This document shows, piece after piece, positions 44,470 to 58,741 of a DNA stretch of 64,000 nt. A program made the translations under genes and the position numbers. Source of the DNA: Auanema rhodensis (lineage: Eukaryota > Animalia > Nematoda); assembly GCA_964057225.1 (NCBI GenBank), contig OZ059896.1, forward strand, positions 13,020,001 through 13,084,000. The letters run 5' to 3'. The notes under the pieces are model-generated. The model was not told where the DNA came from. It saw nothing but the letters and a program-made list of their open reading frames with translations, and made no database searches. Each line of letters starts with the position of its first letter. Within the stretch, counting starts at the first letter, position 1.

Positions 44470-46051
44470 ACGTGTACAATTAATAAGCATAAATTAAAGT
44501 TCACGTAAAGTTCAAAGTCTTGGTTACCATGAACCAATATCGATTAAAATTTGTTATTAGACTAATATGGACATGGGTAATCTAATTTTGAGAACTGCAT
44601 CTATTTATCTTTAACGGGAAGCGAGTTACATACCATGTGCACATCACGTATACAATTAATTAGCATAAATTAAAGTTCACGTAAAGTTCAAAGTCATGGT
44701 TACCATGAACCAATATCGATTAAAATTTGTTATTAGACTAAAATGGACATGAGGAATCTAATTTTGAGAACCGCATCTCTTTATCTTTCACGTAAAGCGA
44801 GTTACATACCAAGTGCACATCACGTGTACAATTAATTAGCATAAATTAAAGTTCACGTAAATTTCAAAGTCATGGTTACCATGCACCAATATCAATAAAA
44901 TTTTGTTCTTAGACTAATATGGACATGGGTAATCTAATTTTGAAAACCGCATTTCTTTATCTTTCACGGGAAGCGAGTTACATACTATGTGCACATCACG
45001 TGTACAATTAATTAGCATAAATTAAAGTTCACGTAAATTTCAAAGTCATGGTTACCATGCACCAATATCAATAAAACTTTGTTCTCAGACTAATATGGAC
45101 ATGAGGAATCTAATTTTGAGAACCGCATCTCTTTATCTTTCACGGGAAGTGAGTCACATACCATGTGCACATCACGTGTACAATTAATTAGCATAAATTA
45201 AAGTTCACGTAAAGTTCAAAGTCATGGTTACCATGCACCAATATCAATAAAACTTTGTTATTAGACTAAAATGGACATGAGGAATCTAATTTTGAGAACC
45301 GCATCTCTTTATCTTTCACGGGAAGCGAGTCACATACCATGTGCACATCACGTGTACAATTAATTAGCATAAATTAAAGTTCACGTAAAGTTCAAAGTCA
45401 TGGTTACCATGCACCAATATTGATAAAAATTTGTTCTTAGATTAATATGGACATGGGTAATCTAATTTTGAAAACCGCATTTCTTTATCTTTCACGGGAA
45501 GCGAGTCACATACCATGTGCACATCACGTGTACAATTGATTAGCATAAATTAAAGTTCACGTAAAGTTCAAAGTCATGGTTACCATGTATCAATAAAAAT
45601 TTGTTATTAGACTAATATAGACATGAGGAATCTAATTTTGAAAATCGCATCTCTTTATCTTTAACGGGAAGCGAGTTACATACCATGTGCACATCACGTG
45701 TACAATTAATTAGCATAAATTAAAGTTCACGTAAAATTCAAAGTCATGGTTACCATGCACCAATATCAATAAAATTTTGTTCTTAGACTAATATGGACAT
45801 GGGTAATCTAATTTTGAAAACCGCATTTCTTTATCTTTCACGGGAAGCGAGTTACATACCAAGTGCACATCACGTGTACAATTAATTAGCATAAATTAAA
45901 GTTCACGTAAATTTCAAAGTCATGGTTACCATGCACCAATATCAATAAAATTTTGTTCTTAGACTAATATGGACATGGGTAATCTAATTTTGAAAACCGC
46001 ATTTCTTTATCTTTCACGGGAAGCGAGTTACATACCATGTGCACATCACGT

Positions 46052-46221
46052 TTTATTTCATTGTAAAAGGAAATATGCTGAACCTGTTTCTTGTACATAT
46101 ATTTAGTCAATTATTACAAGTATGTTTGTATTGTAAGGTTCTTTTGAATATCTGCAATTTTCCCGATTTATAACCTTGTTTTCCGATTATAACCTGTGAT
46201 TCGAACAATAAACCCGTTCAA
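46052..46221 (+). mobile_element. Second copy of the LINE 3'-end stub, 170 bp, ACGT target-site duplication
   Basis: It has the same ends as 44299-44469 and differs by 2 substitutions and 1 indel. ACGT lies at 46048-46051 and 46222-46225, nine monomers downstream of the first copy. Confidence 0.88.
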
Positions 46222-49200
46222 ACGTGTACAATTAATTAGCATAAATTAAAGTTCACGTAAAGTTCAAAGTCTTGGTTACCATGAACCAATATCGATTAAA
46301 ATTTGTTATTAGACTAATATGGACATGGGTAATCTAATTTTGAGAACTGCATCTATTTATCTTTCACGGGAAGCGAGTTACATACCATGTGCACATCACG
46401 TGTACAATTAATTAGCATATATTAAAGTTCACGTAAATTTCAAAGTCATGGTTACCATGCACCAATGTGAATACAAATTTGTTATTAGACTAAAATGGAC
46501 ATGAGGAATCTAATTTTGAGAACCGCATCTCTTTATCTTTCACGTAAAGCGAGTTACATACCAAGTGCAAATCACGTGTACAATTAATTAGCATAAATTA
46601 AAGTTCACGTAAATTTCAAAGTCATGGTTACCATGCACCAATATCAATAAAATTTTGTTCTTAGACTAATATGGACATGGGTAATCTAATTTTGAAAACC
46701 GCATTTCTTTATCTTTCACGGGAAGCGAGACATACCATGTGCACATCACGTGTACAATTAATTAGCATAAATTAAAGTTCACGTAAATTTCAAAGTCATG
46801 GTTACCATGCACCAATATCAATAAAACTTTGTTCTCAGACTAATATGGACATGGGTAATCTAATTTTGAAAACCGCATCTCTTTATCTTTCACGGGAAGT
46901 GAGTCACATACCATGTGCACATCACGTGTACAATTAATTAGCATAAATTAAAGTTCACGTAAATTTCAAAGTCATGGTTACCATGCACCAATATCAATAA
47001 AAATTTGTTCTTAGATTAATATGGACATGGGTAATCTAATTTTGAAAACCGCATTTCTTTGTCTTTCACGGGAAGCGAGTCACATACCATGTGCACATCA
47101 CGTGTACAATTAATTAGCATAAATTAAAGTTCACGTAAAGTTCAAAGTCATGGTTACCATGCACCAATATCGATAAAAATTTGTTCTTAGATTAATATGG
47201 ACATGGGTAATCTAATTTTGAAAACCGCATTTCTTTATCTTTCACGGGAAGCGAGTCACATACCATGTGCACATCACGTGTACAATTAATTAGCATAAAT
47301 TAAAGTTCACGTAAAGTTCAAAGTCATGGTTACCATGTATCAATAAAAATTTGTTATTAGACTAATATAGACATGAGGAATCTAACTTTGAAAATCGCAT
47401 CTCTTTATCTTTAACGGGAAGCGAGTTACATACCATGTGCACATCACGTGTACAATTAATTAGCATGAATTAAAGTTCACGTAAATTTCAAAGTCATGGT
47501 TACCATGCACCAATATCAATAAAACTTTGTTCTCAGACTAATATGGACATGGGTAATCTAATTTTGATAACCGCATCTCTTTATCTTTCACGGGAAGCGA
47601 GTCACATACCATGTGCACATCACGTGTACAATTAATTAGCATAAATTAAAGTTCACGTAAAGTTCAAAGTCATGGTTACCATGCACCAATATCAATAAAA
47701 ATTTGTTCTTAGATTAATATGGACATGGGTAATCTAATTTTGAAAACCGCATTTCTTTGTCTTTCACGGGAAGCGAGTCACATACCATGTGCACATCACG
47801 TGTACAATTAATTAGCATAAATTAAAGTTCACGTACAGTTCAAAGTCATAGTTACCATGCACCAATATCGATAAAAATTTGTTCTTAGATTAATATGGAC
47901 ATGGGTAATCTAATTTTGAAAACCAAATTTCTTTATCTTTCACGGGAAGCGAGTCACATACCATGTGCACATCACGTGTACAATTAATTAGCATAAATTA
48001 AAGTTCACGTTAATTTCAAAGTCATGGTTACCATGCACCAATATCGATAAAAATTTGTTCTTAGATTAATATGGACATGGGTAATCTAATTTTGAAAACC
48101 GCATTTCTTTATCTTTCACGGGAAGCGAGTTACATACCATGTGCACATCACGTGTACAATTAATTAGCATAAATTAAAGTTCACGTTAATTTCAAAGTCA
48201 TGGTTACCATGTATCAATAAAAATTTGTTATTAGACTAATATAGACATGAGGAATCTAATTTTGAAAACCACATCTCTTTATCTTTAACGGGAAGCGAGT
48301 TACATACCATGTGCACATCACGTGTACAATTAATTAGCATAAATTAAAGTTCACGTTAATTTCAAAGTCATGGTTACCATGCACCAATATCGATAAAAAA
48401 TTGTTCTTAGATTAATATGGACATGGGTAATCTAATTTTGAAAATCGCATTTCTTTATCTTTCACGGGAAGCGAGTCACATACCATGTGCACATCACGTG
48501 TACAATTAATTAGCATAAATTAAAGTTCACGTAAAGTTCAAAGTCATGGTTACCATGCACCAATATCGATAAAAATTTGTTCTTAGATTAATATGGACAT
48601 GGGTAATCTAATTTTGAAAACCACATTTCTTTATCTTTCACGGGAAGCGAGTCACATACCATGTGCACATCACGTGTACAATTAATTAGCATAAATTAAA
48701 GTTCACGTTAATTTCAAAGTCATGGTTACCATGCACCAATATCGATAAAAATTTGTTCTTAGATTAATATGGACATGAGGAATCTAATTTTGAGAACCGC
48801 ATCTCTTTATCTTTCACGGGAAGCGAGTCACATACCATGTGCACATCACGTGTACAATTAATTAGCATAAATTAAAGTTCACGTAAAGTTCAAAGTCATG
48901 GTTACCATGCACCAATATCGATAAAAATTTGTTCTTAGATTAATATGGACATGGGTAATCTAATTTTGAAAACCGCATTTCTTTATCTTTCACGGGAAGC
49001 GAGTCACATACCATGTGCACATCACGTGTACAATTGATTAGCATAAATTAAAGTTCACGTTAATTTCAAAGTCATGGTTACCATGCACCAATATCAATAA
49101 AAATTTGTTATTAGACTAATATAGACATGAGGAATCTAACTTTGAAAATCGCATCTCTTTATCTTTAACGGGAAGCGAGTTACATACCATGTGCACATCA

Positions 49201-52200
49201 CGTGTACAATTAATTAGCATAAATTAAAGTTCACGTAAATTTCAAAGTCATGGTTACCATGCACCAATATCAATAAAACTTTGTTCTCAGACTAATATGG
49301 ACATGGGTAATCTAATTTTGATAACCGCATCTCTTTATCTTTCACGGGAAGCGAGTCACATACCATGTGCACATCACGTGTACAATTAATTAGCATAAAT
49401 TAAAGTTCACGTAAAGTTCAAAGTCATGGTTACCATGCACCAATATCAATAAAAATTTGTTCTTAGATTAATATGGACATGGGTAATCTAATTTTGAAAA
49501 CCGCATTTCTTTGTCTTTCACGGGAAGCGAGTCACATACCATGTGCACATCACGTGTACAATTAATTAGCATAAATTAAAGTTCACGTAAAGTTCAAAGT
49601 CATGGTTACCATGCACCAATATCGATAAAAATTTGTTCTTAGATTAATATGGACATGGGTAATCTAATTTTGAAAACCACATTTCTTTATCTTTCACGGG
49701 AAGCGAGTCACATACCATGTGCACATCACGTGTACAATTAATTAGCATAAATTAAAGTTCACGTTAATTTCAAAGTCATGGTTACCATGCACCAATATCG
49801 ATAAAAATTTGTTCTTAGATTAATATGGACATGGGTAATCTAATTTTGAAAACCGCATTTCTTTATCTTTCACGGGAAGCGAGTTACATACCATGTGCAC
49901 ATCACGTGTACAATTAATTAGCATAAATTAAAGTTCACGTTAATTTCAAAGTCATGGTTACCATGTATCAATAAAAATTTGTTATTAGAATAATATAGAC
50001 ATGAGGAATCTAATTTTGAAAACCACATCTCTTTATCTTTAACGGGAAGCGAGTTACATACCATGTGCACATCACGTGTACAATTAATTAGCATAAATTA
50101 AAGTTCACGTTAATTTCAAAGTCATGGTTACCATGCACCAATATCGATAAAAAATTGTTCTTAGATTAATATGGACATGGGTAATCTAATTTTGAAAATC
50201 GCATCTCTTTATCTTTAACGGGAAGCGAGTTACATACCATGTGCACATCACGTGTACAATTAATTAGCATAAATTAAAGTTCACGTTAATTTCAAAGTCA
50301 TGGTTACCATGCACCAATATCAATAAAATTTTGTTCTTAGACTAATATGGACATGGGTAATCTAATTTTGAAAACCGCATTTCTTTATCTTTCACGGGAA
50401 GCGAGTTACATACCATGTGCACATCACGTGTACAATTAATTACCATAAATTAAAGTTCACGTAAATTTCAAAGTCATGGTTACCATGCACCAATATCAAT
50501 AAAACTTTGTTCTCAGACTAATATGGACATGGGTAATCTAATTTTGAGAACTGCATCTATTTATCTTTCACGGGAAGCGAGTTATATATCATGTGCACAT
50601 CACGTGTACAATTAATTAGCTTAATTAAAGTTCACGTAAAGTTCAAAGTCTTGGTTACCATGCACCAATATCAATAAAAATTTGTACTTAGACTAATATG
50701 GAGATGAGGAATCTAATTTTGAAAACCGCATCTCTTTATCTTTCACGTGAAGCGAGTTACATACCAAGTGCACATCACGTGTACATTTAATTAGCTTAAT
50801 TAAAGTTCACGTAAAGTTCAAAGTCTTGGTTACCATGCACCAATATCAATAAAAATTTGTACTTAGACTAATATGGAGATGAGGAATCTAATTTTGAAAA
50901 CCGCATCTCTTTATCTTTAACGGGAAGCGAGTTATATATCATGTGCACATCACGTGTACATTTAATTAGCTTAATTAAAGTTCACGTAAAGTTCAAAGTC
51001 TTGGTTACCATGCACCAATATCAATAAAAATTTGTACTTAGACTAATATGGACATGGGGAATCTAATTTTGAAAACCGCATCTCTTTATCTTTAACGGGA
51101 AGCGAGTTATATATCATGTGCACATCACGTGTACAATTAATTCGCATAAATTAAAGTTCACGTAAATTTCAAAGTCATGGTTACCATGCACCAATATGAA
51201 TACAAATTTGTTATTAGACTAATATGGACATGAGGAATCTAATTTTGAGAACCGCATCTCTTTTATCTTTAACGGGAAGCGAGTTACATACCATGTGCAC
51301 ATCACGTGTACAATTAATTAGCATAAATTAAAGTTCACGTAAAGTTCAAAGTCATGGTTACCATGCACCAATATCAATAAAAATTTGTTCTTAGACTAAT
51401 ATGGACATGGGTAATCTATTTTTGAAAACCGCATCTCTTTATCTTTCACGGGAAGCGAGTTACATACCATGTGCACATCACGTGTACAATTAATTAGCAT
51501 AAATTAAAGTTCACGTAAAGTTCAAAGTCATGGTTACCATGAACCAATATCGATTAAAATTTGTTATTAGACTAATATGGACATGGGTAATCTAATTTTG
51601 AGAACTGCATCTATTTATCTTTCACGGGAAGCGAGTTACATACCATGTGCACATCACGTGTTCAATTAATTAGCATATATTAAAGTTCACGTAAATTTCA
51701 AAGTCATGGTTACCATGCACCAATGTGAATACAAATTTGTTATTAGACTAAAATGGACATGAGGAATCTAATTTTGAGAACCGCATCTCTTTATCTTTCA
51801 CGTAAAGCGAGTTACATACCAAGTGCAAATCACGTGTACAATTAATTAGCATAAATTAAAGTTCACGTAAATTTCAAAGTCATGGTTACCATGCACCAAT
51901 ATCAATAAAATTTTGTTCTTAGACTAATATGGACATGGGTAATCTAATTTTGAAAACCGCATTTCTTTATCTTTCACGGGAAGCGAGACATACCATGTGC
52001 ACATCACGTGTACAATTAATTAGCATAAATTAAAGTTCACGTAAATTTCAAAGTCATGGTTACCATGCACCAATATCAATAAAACTTTGTTCTCAGACTA
52101 ATATGGACATGGGTAATCTAATTTTGAAAACCGCATCTCTTTATCTTTCACGGGAAGCGAGTCACATACCATGTGCACATCACGTGTACAATTAATTAGC

Positions 52201-55200
52201 ATAAATTAAAGTTCACGTAAATTTCAAAGTCATGGTTACCATGCACCAATATCAATAAAAATTTGTTCTTAGATTAATATGGACATGGGTAATCTAATTT
52301 TGAAAACCGCATTTCTTTGTCTTTCACGGGAAGCGAGTCACATACCATGTGCACATCACGTGTACAATTAATTAGCATAAATTAAAGTTCACGTAAAGTT
52401 CAAAGTCATGGTTACCATGCACCAATATCGATAAAAATTTGTTCTTAGATTAATATGGACATGGGTAATCTAATTTTGAAAACCGCATTTCTTTATCTTT
52501 CACGGGAAGCGAGTCACATACCATGTGCACATCACGTGTACAATTAATTAGCATAAATTAAAGTTCACGTAAAGTTCAAAGTCATGGTTACCATGTATCA
52601 ATAAAAATTTGTTATTAGACTAATATAGACATGAGGAATCTAACTTTGAAAATCGCATCTTTTTATTTTTAACGGGAAGCGAGTTACATACCATGTGCAC
52701 ATCACGTGTACAATTAATTAGCATAAATTAAAGTTCACGTAAATTTCAAAGTCATGGTTACCATGCACCAATATCAATAAAACTTTGTTCTCAGACTAAT
52801 ATGGACATGGGTAATCTAATTTTGATAACCGCATCTCTTTATCTTTCACGGGAAGCGAGTCACATACCATGTGCACATCACGTGTACAATTAATTAGCAT
52901 AAATTAAAGTTCACGTAAAGTTCAAAGTCATGGTTACCATGCACCAATATCAATAAAAATTTGTTCTTAGATTAATATGGACATGGGTAATCTAATTTTG
53001 AAAACCGCATTTCTTTGTCTTTCACGGGAAGCGAGTCACATACCATGTGCACATCACGTGTACAATTAATTAGCATAAATTAAAGTTCACGTAAAGTTCA
53101 AAGTCATGGTTACCATGCACCAATATCGATAAGAATTTGTTCTTAGATTAATATGGACATGGGTAATCTAATTTTGAAAACCACATTTCTTTATCTTTCA
53201 CGGGAAGCGAGTCACATACCATGTGCACATCACGTGTACAATTAATTAGCATAAATTAAAGTTCACGTTAATTTCAAAGTCATGGTTACCATGCACCAAT
53301 ATCGATAAAAATTTGTTCTTAGATTAATATGGACATGGGTAATCTAATTTTGAAAACCGCATTTCTTTATCTTTCACGGGAAGCGAGTTACATACCATGT
53401 GCACATCACGTGTACAATTAATTAGCAAAAATTAAAGTTCACGTAAATTTCAAAGTCATGGTTACCATGTATCAATAAAAATTTGTTATTAGACTAATAT
53501 AGACATGAGGAATCTAATTTTGAAAATCGCATCTCTTTATCTTTAACGGGAAGCGAGTTACATACCATGTGCACATCACGTGTACAATTAATTAGCATAA
53601 ATTAAAGTTCACGTTAATTTCAAAGTCATGGTTACCATGCACCAATATCAATAAAAATTTGTTCTTAGACTAATATGGACATGGGTAATCTATTTTTGAA
53701 AACCGCATCTCTTTATCTTTAACGGGAAGCGAGTCACATACCATGTGCACATCACGTGTACAATTAATTAGCATAAATTAAAGTTCACGTAAAGTTCAAA
53801 GTCATGGTTACCATGCACCAATATCAATAAAAATTTGTTCTTAGATTAATATGGACATGGGTAATCTAATTTTGAAAACCGCATTTCTTTGTCTTTCACG
53901 GGAAGCGAGTCACATACCATGTGCACATCACGTGTACAATTAATTAGCATAAATTAAAGTTCACGTAAAGTTCAAAGTCATGGTTACCATGCACCAATAT
54001 CGATAAAAATTTGTTCTTAGATTAATATGGACATGGGTAATCTAATTTTGAAAACCACATTTCTTTATCTTTCACGGGAAGCGAGTCACATACCATGTGC
54101 ACATCACGTGTACAATTAATTAGCATAAATTAAAGTTCACGTTAATTTCAAAGTCATGGTTACCATGCACCAATATCGATAAAAATTTGTACTTAGACTA
54201 ATATGGACATGGGGAATCTAATTTTGAAAACCGCATCTCTTTATCTTTAACGGGAAGCGAGTTATATATCATGTGCACATCACGTGTACAATTAATTCGC
54301 ATAAATTAAAGTTCACGTAAATTTCAAAGTCATGGTTACCATGCACCAATATGAATACAAATTTGTTATTAGACTAATATGGACATGAGGAATCTAATTT
54401 TGAGAACCGCATCTCTTTTATCTTTAACGGGAAGCGAGTTACATACCATGTGCACATCACGTGTACAATTAATTAGCATAAATTAAAGTTCACGTAAAGT
54501 TCAAAGTCATGGTTACCAAGCACCAATATCAATAAAAATTTGTTCTTAGACTAATATGGACATGGGTAATCTATTTTTGAAAACCGCATCTCTTTATCTT
54601 TAACGGGAAGCGAGTTACATACCATGTGCACATCACGTGTACAATTAATTCGCATAAATTAAAGTTCACGTAAATTTCAAAGTCATGGTTACCATGCACC
54701 AATATCAATAAAACTTTGTTCTCAGACTAATATGGACATGGGTAATCTAATTTTGAGAACTGCATCTCTTTATCTTTCACGTAAAGCGAGTTACATACCA
54801 AGTGCAAATCACGTGTACAATTAATTAGCATAAATTAAAGTTCACGTAAATTTCAAAGTCATGGTTACCATGCACCAATATGAATACAAATTTGTTATTA
54901 GACTAATATGGACATGAGGAATCTAATTTTGAGAACCGCATCTCTTTTATCTTTAACGGGAAGCGAGTTACATACCATGTGCACATCACGTATACAATTA
55001 ATTAGCATAAATTAAAGTTCACGTAAAGTTCAAAGTCATGGTTACCATGAACCAATATCGATTAAAATTTGTTATTAGACTAATATGGACATGGGTAATC
55101 TAATTTTGAGAACTGCATCTATTTATCTTTCACGGGAAGCGAGTTACATACCATGTGCACATCACGTGTACAATTAATTAGCATATATTAAAGTTCACGT

Positions 55201-55605
55201 AAATTTCAAAGTCATGGTTACCATGCACCAATGTGAATACAAATTTGTTATTAGACTAAAATGGACATGAGGAATCTAATTTTGAGAACCGCATCTCTTT
55301 ATCTTTCACGTAAAGCAAGTTACATACCAAGTGCAAATCACGTGTACAATTAATTAGCATAAATTAGTCAAGGTTTATTGTTCTTTATCACAGGTTATAA
55401 CAATAGCAGTTTTGAAAAAAGAAAGTGGATAAAAGAAGTTCCTTACAATATGAACATGATTATATAAATTGATTGACATGAAAACATTAATTGTATAGAG
55501 ATAAGAATAATTATTGAATCAATTATGTCAGTAGAAAATATATATTCTAAACAAGTAAATCTATGTGTCATAGTTGTCAACCCATCCTTGATAAACAAGG
55601 GATTT

Positions 55606-55735
55606 GTTCAGTTCAAAAAATATGACCTGACCTCATTTTTACTTTTACCAGGTGCGGTGGAACTTAGAGAAAAAGTCGAGCCCGTTCTGGTAATCAGAGG
55701 TAACTATCACCAGATTCGTATGGCTAATGCCTATA
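55606..55735 (-). ncRNA. Putative conserved structured cis-RNA element in the LINE 3' UTR (copy C)
   Basis: Element-sense stems GGC/GCC, GTT/AAC, ACCTC/GAGGT, TTACCAG/CTGGTAA, CGG/CCG, ACTT/AAGT and CAG/CTG occur in the same order as in 117-239. Confidence 0.65.
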
Positions 55736-55907
55736 GAGTCCATGGTGAAGTAACATTGTAGCAAAGGGAACAAGGATGTGGTTGAAAACAAAAAATGATA
55801 CATGAAGAACATAGTTTGCATAGATATTTGTAGAAGACATATTGAAATAATAATTAGAGAACAAAATATCATAAGCAGACGAAAAACATTAATAATGAAA
55901 GTGCAAG

Positions 55908-58737
55908 CTAATCGCTAAGGAAAAGTTGAAGATGTTTGCGAAATTTGGGAGCTTTTTCAAGACTCACAATGTTTGATGGTATTGAATTCCAGAGTTCTAT
56001 GGCTCTGTACTCGATACCTCTTCTAGTTTGAGTCTTCTGGACGTTTGGAAAATCCACAGTCCATTCGTGACGCCTTAGTGAGTGTGTGAATTTTTTGAGC
56101 TTAAAAATTTTCAAAGTATTCTCTGAAATTGGTTGTTTTATTTGGTTAAAATAAAAAATTAAATCGAAAACTAGTCTTCTGAAAAATAACTTTTGCCCCC
56201 CTAACAAAGACAGTTGATCTTCATAGCTCATTTTAGATCCTGAGCGCATGAAAACTGCGCGCAGAAACTTTTTTTGAACATATTCAATCCGGTCTTTGTC
56301 TTTAGAATCTTGTGGGGACCAGATAATAGAAGCATATTCCAATATTGGTCTTATGTAAGTACAGAATAAGTTGTACATAAGAGAAGGCGATTTAGAGTAG
56401 AAACAACGTAAAATTATTTTACATTTTTTTGCTGCTTCACTTGTGATTTTGTTTATGTGATTTGAGAAGGAGAGATTGTAATCTGTGAATACTCCAAGAT
56501 CTTTGTAACAATCTACTGAAGATAGGTTAAAGTTACCAAAAGTGAAAGCGAAGTTTTCAGGATTACTAATTGGTTTATTTGACATAACCATTATTTTAGA
56601 TTTAGAGATGTTAACGGCCATCCCGTTTGAGTCGCACCATAATTTTAATTGATCAAGAGCCCGCTGTAAACTAGTAGGGTTTTTGCTGTAGAGCTTCAAA
56701 TCATCTGCATAGAGAATGGAGCTGACATCATTAGGAAAATTGGATGTTATGTCATTTATGTAAAATAAAAACAACAGAGGACCAAGAACTGTACCTTGTG
56801 GTACACCACAAGTGAGTTGTTTAGGTGGTGATAAGGAATTATTGACCATAACTGAAAAAAAACCTACCAGAGATGAAACTTTGGAGAAAGGAATGAAGTG
56901 GGCCTTGAATACCAATGGACTTGAGTTTTGAAAAAAGAGTAGAATGTTGTATAAGATCGAAGGCTTTTGAAAAGTCGATATAAGCTACAAAAACCGGAGT
57001 ATTACAGTCCAATGATGATCTGAAAGAGATGTGGCTACTCAGAATTGCAGAAACAGTGCTTCTTTTAGGAAGGAAGGCGTGTTGATTTTGAGATATGGCA
57101 CCATTGGAAATACCAAAATTAAGAAGTGGAGTACGTATTATACGTTCAAAGATTTTTGAAAGACTGGAAGTGAGTGAAATTGGGCGGTAGTTACTTGGAT
57201 TTTCAGGTCGGCCCGTTTTGAAAATGGGACGAATCCAGGCTAACTTCCAATCAGGAGGACAAGTTGAGGTAACTAACAAATTGTGAAAAATGAAAGCTAA
57301 TGGATTAGCCAGAGTAAAAGCACATTGTTTAAGAAAGTAATATGGAATACCATCCGGAGATGTGGAAACCCTGAGTGGAAGACTATGAAGAGTTTTGTAG
57401 ACCAATTCAGGTGTTATATCCATGAAATCAATGGTATGACTGGAAGAAGAAGAGACGGAAACATGAGTGTTTTCCTGAGAGACAAGAGGAGAAAGAGGAG
57501 AAACCGTGAAAACCTCGGCAAATGCTGACACTTTATCAATATCTGAAGAAACTGACACATTGTTGACAGTGAGGTTTGGAATGTCAGATGTTTTACCATT
57601 TAATCGGGCCTTACAAAAACGATAAAAAAGCTTGGAGTTTTTTAAGGCAGCAATACGCTCTTCCTCTAAAGCACATTTGATTTTTATTAGTTTGTCCAAT
57701 TTTACTGAAAGATTTTTACGGCGAATCTCGTCAGATAGATATAAAGAGCAACTTAGCCTGTTAATTTGATTTCTGAGTTTTGCAATGTTACGATCCGCTT
57801 TTTTATTTTTCCTCGGTTGTTTTTTAGGAACATAAATGTCAATGATTGAATGTAGAATAGAGATAAACTTTGAATAGGATTGGAGTGGAGTAAGAACTGA
57901 AAGTTCAGAACAGAAGTCGATGTTGACCAGTTGCCTATTGATACGTTCATAATCAGCCAAAAGGAAATTGCGGTCTGATAACATGGAGAGAGATGTGGAT
58001 TCAGCACTATGTAAATCTTGTAGATGAAAATTTTCAGATTTTGAAAGTATATGAAAGGTGATGGAAAAATGATCCGAAGCTCCAAGTGGACCAGATCGCT
58101 TGATATTGTTGACACAACGAACGTTATTTGTAATTATATAGTCAAGAATATTTTCACCTCTAGTAGGAAAATTTACTAGCTGGTTTAGACAATTGTGATT
58201 GAGAAATTGGAGTAGAATTCTACTAGAAGGAGTAGGTTGAGAACATATACCAAGATCCCAGTTTATTTTAGGGAAATTAAGATCACCAGTGAGATAGAGA
58301 GACCGATTAACTAAATGATTTTGTAGATCACAAAGATAGTTTGAGAAATCTAAGCTAGATGATGATGGAGAACGGTAACAAACAGAAAAAATAGAATTGG
58401 AAGATGTGATGAGAATATTTATAAACTGTATGGTAGATGAATTACAAGAGCAGGAAAGAAGACGAAAAGTAATATGTTTTTTGATGAAAAGTAGTACACC
58501 ACCACCCCGTGATGAACATCTATCAGCCCTGAGGATATTATAGATGTCACCTAACGGAAGAAGATTAGTGTTAAATTGGGGGTAAAGCCAGGACTCTGAT
58601 ATAGCAATTATATCAGGAGAATTGGGAGAGATGATAACTGGGAGAAGATGAAGTTTGTTGAGAATTGAGCGTGCATTGTAACAGTGAACAGAAATGTAAG
58701 TGTGGTTAGAGACGAGAACAGGTGTTGACGATAACAT
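55908..58737 (-). pseudogene. LINE ORF2 (AP endonuclease + reverse transcriptase), split by a +1 frameshift at 56855-56862; about 942 aa if repaired
   Basis: APE motifs: YNARS, ISESWL, RGGGV, CYRSP, GDLN, PTR..ILD, SDH. RT motifs: NYRPISL, QHAF, DFSKAFD, GVPQGTVLGPLLF, YADD, LGV. It also has the CR1/L2-type C-terminal RPILEYASIIWSP. The first ATG is at 58737; the ORF-track start at 58773 is TTG. Confidence 0.93.
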
Positions 58738-58741
58738 TGGA

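Larger units (their letters stand above)
419..55366 (+). repeat. 176-bp satellite array, roughly 310 head-to-tail monomers
   Basis: The unit CGTGTACAATTAATTAGCATAAATTAAAGTTCACG...CATACCATGTGCACATCA repeats at 176 bp (e.g. 44471 to 44647). Recurrent length variants are 170 (loss of CACCAA), 174, 175 and 177 bp. All monomers I read have the same orientation. Confidence 0.99.

Noticed and set aside
419-55366. Calling the array a centromere, or a known plant or primate satellite, from its unit length
   Set aside because: The sequence is not one I recognise, and length alone is not diagnostic.
55640-55695. Hairpin-ribozyme-like words ACCAGA...ACCTGGTA and AGAA
   Set aside because: There is no N-GUC opposite AGAA and no loop B consensus. 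The words change in the other subfamily.
55525-55872. Short ORFs in the LINE 3' UTR (78 aa +, 75 aa -)
   Set aside because: They have no recognisable motifs. Conservation with 1-420 follows base pairing, with length differences that are not consistently multiples of three.
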